This document shows, piece after piece, positions 24,306 through 25,344 of a DNA stretch of 25,344 bases (position 1 is its first letter; each line of letters opens with the position of its first letter). The stretch covers positions 1 through 25,344 of the forward strand of contig JAYZQJ010000213.1 in assembly GCA_036149055.1 (NCBI GenBank). The letters are read 5' to 3'. Made by a program: the position numbers and the translations under genes. Under the pieces are notes generated by a model. The model was not told where the DNA came from, searched no databases, and worked only from the letters and a program-made list of their open reading frames with translations. The DNA is from Myxococcota bacterium. GTDB taxonomy: Bacteria; Myxococcota_A; Polyangia; Polyangiales; Sandaracinaceae.

Positions 24306-25238
24306 GTGAAGGTCCGACTCGCGCTGCTCCTCTCCGCGCTGCTCGGGGGGTGCGTCCCGGTGCCGCTGGCTCGCCCCGCGGTCGCCACCGAGTCGAGCTG
24401 CGGCTGCGGCCCGGTCGACCGCCTCGGCCGCTGGAGCGAGGACGGCGTCGAGTCGGTGCTCGCCGGCGATCTCCAGCACGGACGCGTGCACGTGATCGTG
24501 CACGGCTGGGCGCCGGGCTGGCACGCGCACGTCGACGAGTCGACCCGCTCCTGGGAGGCCGAGCGGCGGGGCGAGCCCTTCGACCCCTGGATGCACGCCC
24601 TCGCCCGGGGGCTCACCGCGCGCGACCCCCACGCGGTCGTCCTCTTCTACTCCTGGGTGGACGACGCGGCGACGAGCTCGAACCTGTTCGCCCAGCGCCG
24701 CGCCTTCTCGCGCACCGACCTGCACGGCGAGCTCCTCGCCGAGGGCCTCGACCGCGCGCTCGACCCCGGCTTCCGATCCCGGGGCGGACAGGTCCACCTC
24801 GTGGGTCACAGCTTCGGCGCCCGGGTGGTCACCCTCGCCGCGACCCAGATGGGCACGCCGCCGGACCACCTCACCCTGCTCGACGCCCCCGAGGGCGGCC
24901 TCGCGGCGATGACCGCGACCCGGGTGGCCCTCGGCGACTCGCTCCGGTCGCTCCCCCTGGGCCACGGCCCCGGCCGCGTGTTCGTCGACAACTTCATCTC
25001 GCAGATGGGCGTGCCCTACGGCCACGAGCCCGGCCTGACCGACGTGGTCGACGTGCACACCGCGCCCCCGTACGGCGTCTTCCAGATGGGCCCCCGCCAC
25101 GTCTGGGCGGCCGAGCTCTACGCCCGCAGCGCGTCGACCGACTTCGGCGTCGGCTGGTCCCCCCTCATCGCCGACGCCTCCCCCGCCGGCTGCTTCACCC
25201 AGCCCTTCGGCGAGCTGACCGTCCACCCGGGATGCTGA
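24306..25238 (+). CDS. Alpha/beta-hydrolase lipoprotein (lipase/esterase-like)
   Basis: LGGC lipobox, VIVHGW oxyanion motif, HLVGHSFGA nucleophile elbow, LTLLDAP Asp and a candidate catalytic His in PRHVWA. Confidence 0.88.
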   Translation: MKVRLALLLSALLGGCVPVPLARPAVATESSCGCGPVDRLGRWSEDGVESVLAGDLQHGRVHVIVHGWAPGWHAHVDESTRSWEAERRGEPFDPWMHALARGLTARDPHAVVLFYSWVDDAATSSNLFAQRRAFSRTDLHGELLAEGLDRALDPGFRSRGGQVHLVGHSFGARVVTLAATQMGTPPDHLTLLDAPEGGLAAMTATRVALGDSLRSLPLGHGPGRVFVDNFISQMGVPYGHEPGLTDVVDVHTAPPYGVFQMGPRHVWAAELYARSASTDFGVGWSPLIADASPAGCFTQPFGELTVHPGC

Positions 25239-25245
25239 GTTTTTT

Positions 25246-25344
25246 GGAGGGTTTGGGGCAAACCCTCCCCCCATTGGGCAAAGCGCCAATGGGGCCCCCC
25301 TCCCGCTGCTTCTTGCTGGAGGGTTTGGGGCAAACCCTCCCCCC
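25246..25344. repeat. REP-like palindromic repeats, truncated by the window edge
   Basis: GGAGGGTTTG-GGG-CAAACCCTCC occurs at 25246-25268 and 25318-25340 (period 72). A second hairpin CCCCATTGG-N8-CCAATGGGG lies at 25269-25294. Confidence 0.85.

Noticed and set aside
25246..25344. CRISPR array call for the 72-bp-period palindromic repeat
   Set aside because: Only two copies are visible, the intervening sequence is itself a hairpin, and there is no leader or cas gene. It cannot be fully excluded at the window edge.

Overview
Very GC-rich bacterial DNA with a gene style typical of myxobacteria (Polyangiales/Sandaracinus-like; inferred from the PEGA Ser/Thr kinase, FHA-sigma54 activator and TPR/lipoprotein pairs). 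About 20 real CDSs sit among many shadow ORFs. The left third (570-9001) is an apparently uncharacterised tailoring-enzyme cluster in two divergent, tightly packed operons. It holds three radical SAM proteins (four rSAM domains: one single HxsC-like, one tandem double, one B12-binding), a PhyH-type Fe(II)/2OG dioxygenase, a His-rich unknown, a predicted ABBA/PT-barrel protein and a protein resembling cyanobactin F-family (PagF/LynF/TruF) peptide prenyltransferases. The last is translationally coupled to the end of relA/spoT. Three of these unrelated enzymes share a gaplessly alignable 36-aa C-terminal module, a candidate substrate-recognition or docking domain. No convincing precursor peptide is in the window. 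The rest comprises a bifunctional Rel, a PfkA-family kinase with unusual active-site substitutions, secreted lipoprotein/TPR modules, a Ser/Thr kinase, an FHA-EBP, a GT-C glycosyltransferase and a lipase-like hydrolase. Non-coding structure includes a 99-bp tandem repeat, a MITE/REPIN-like element, palindromic REP-like repeats at the right edge, and several leaderless-type promoters, one of them bidirectional. All family calls are by-eye motif recognition; no searches were run.
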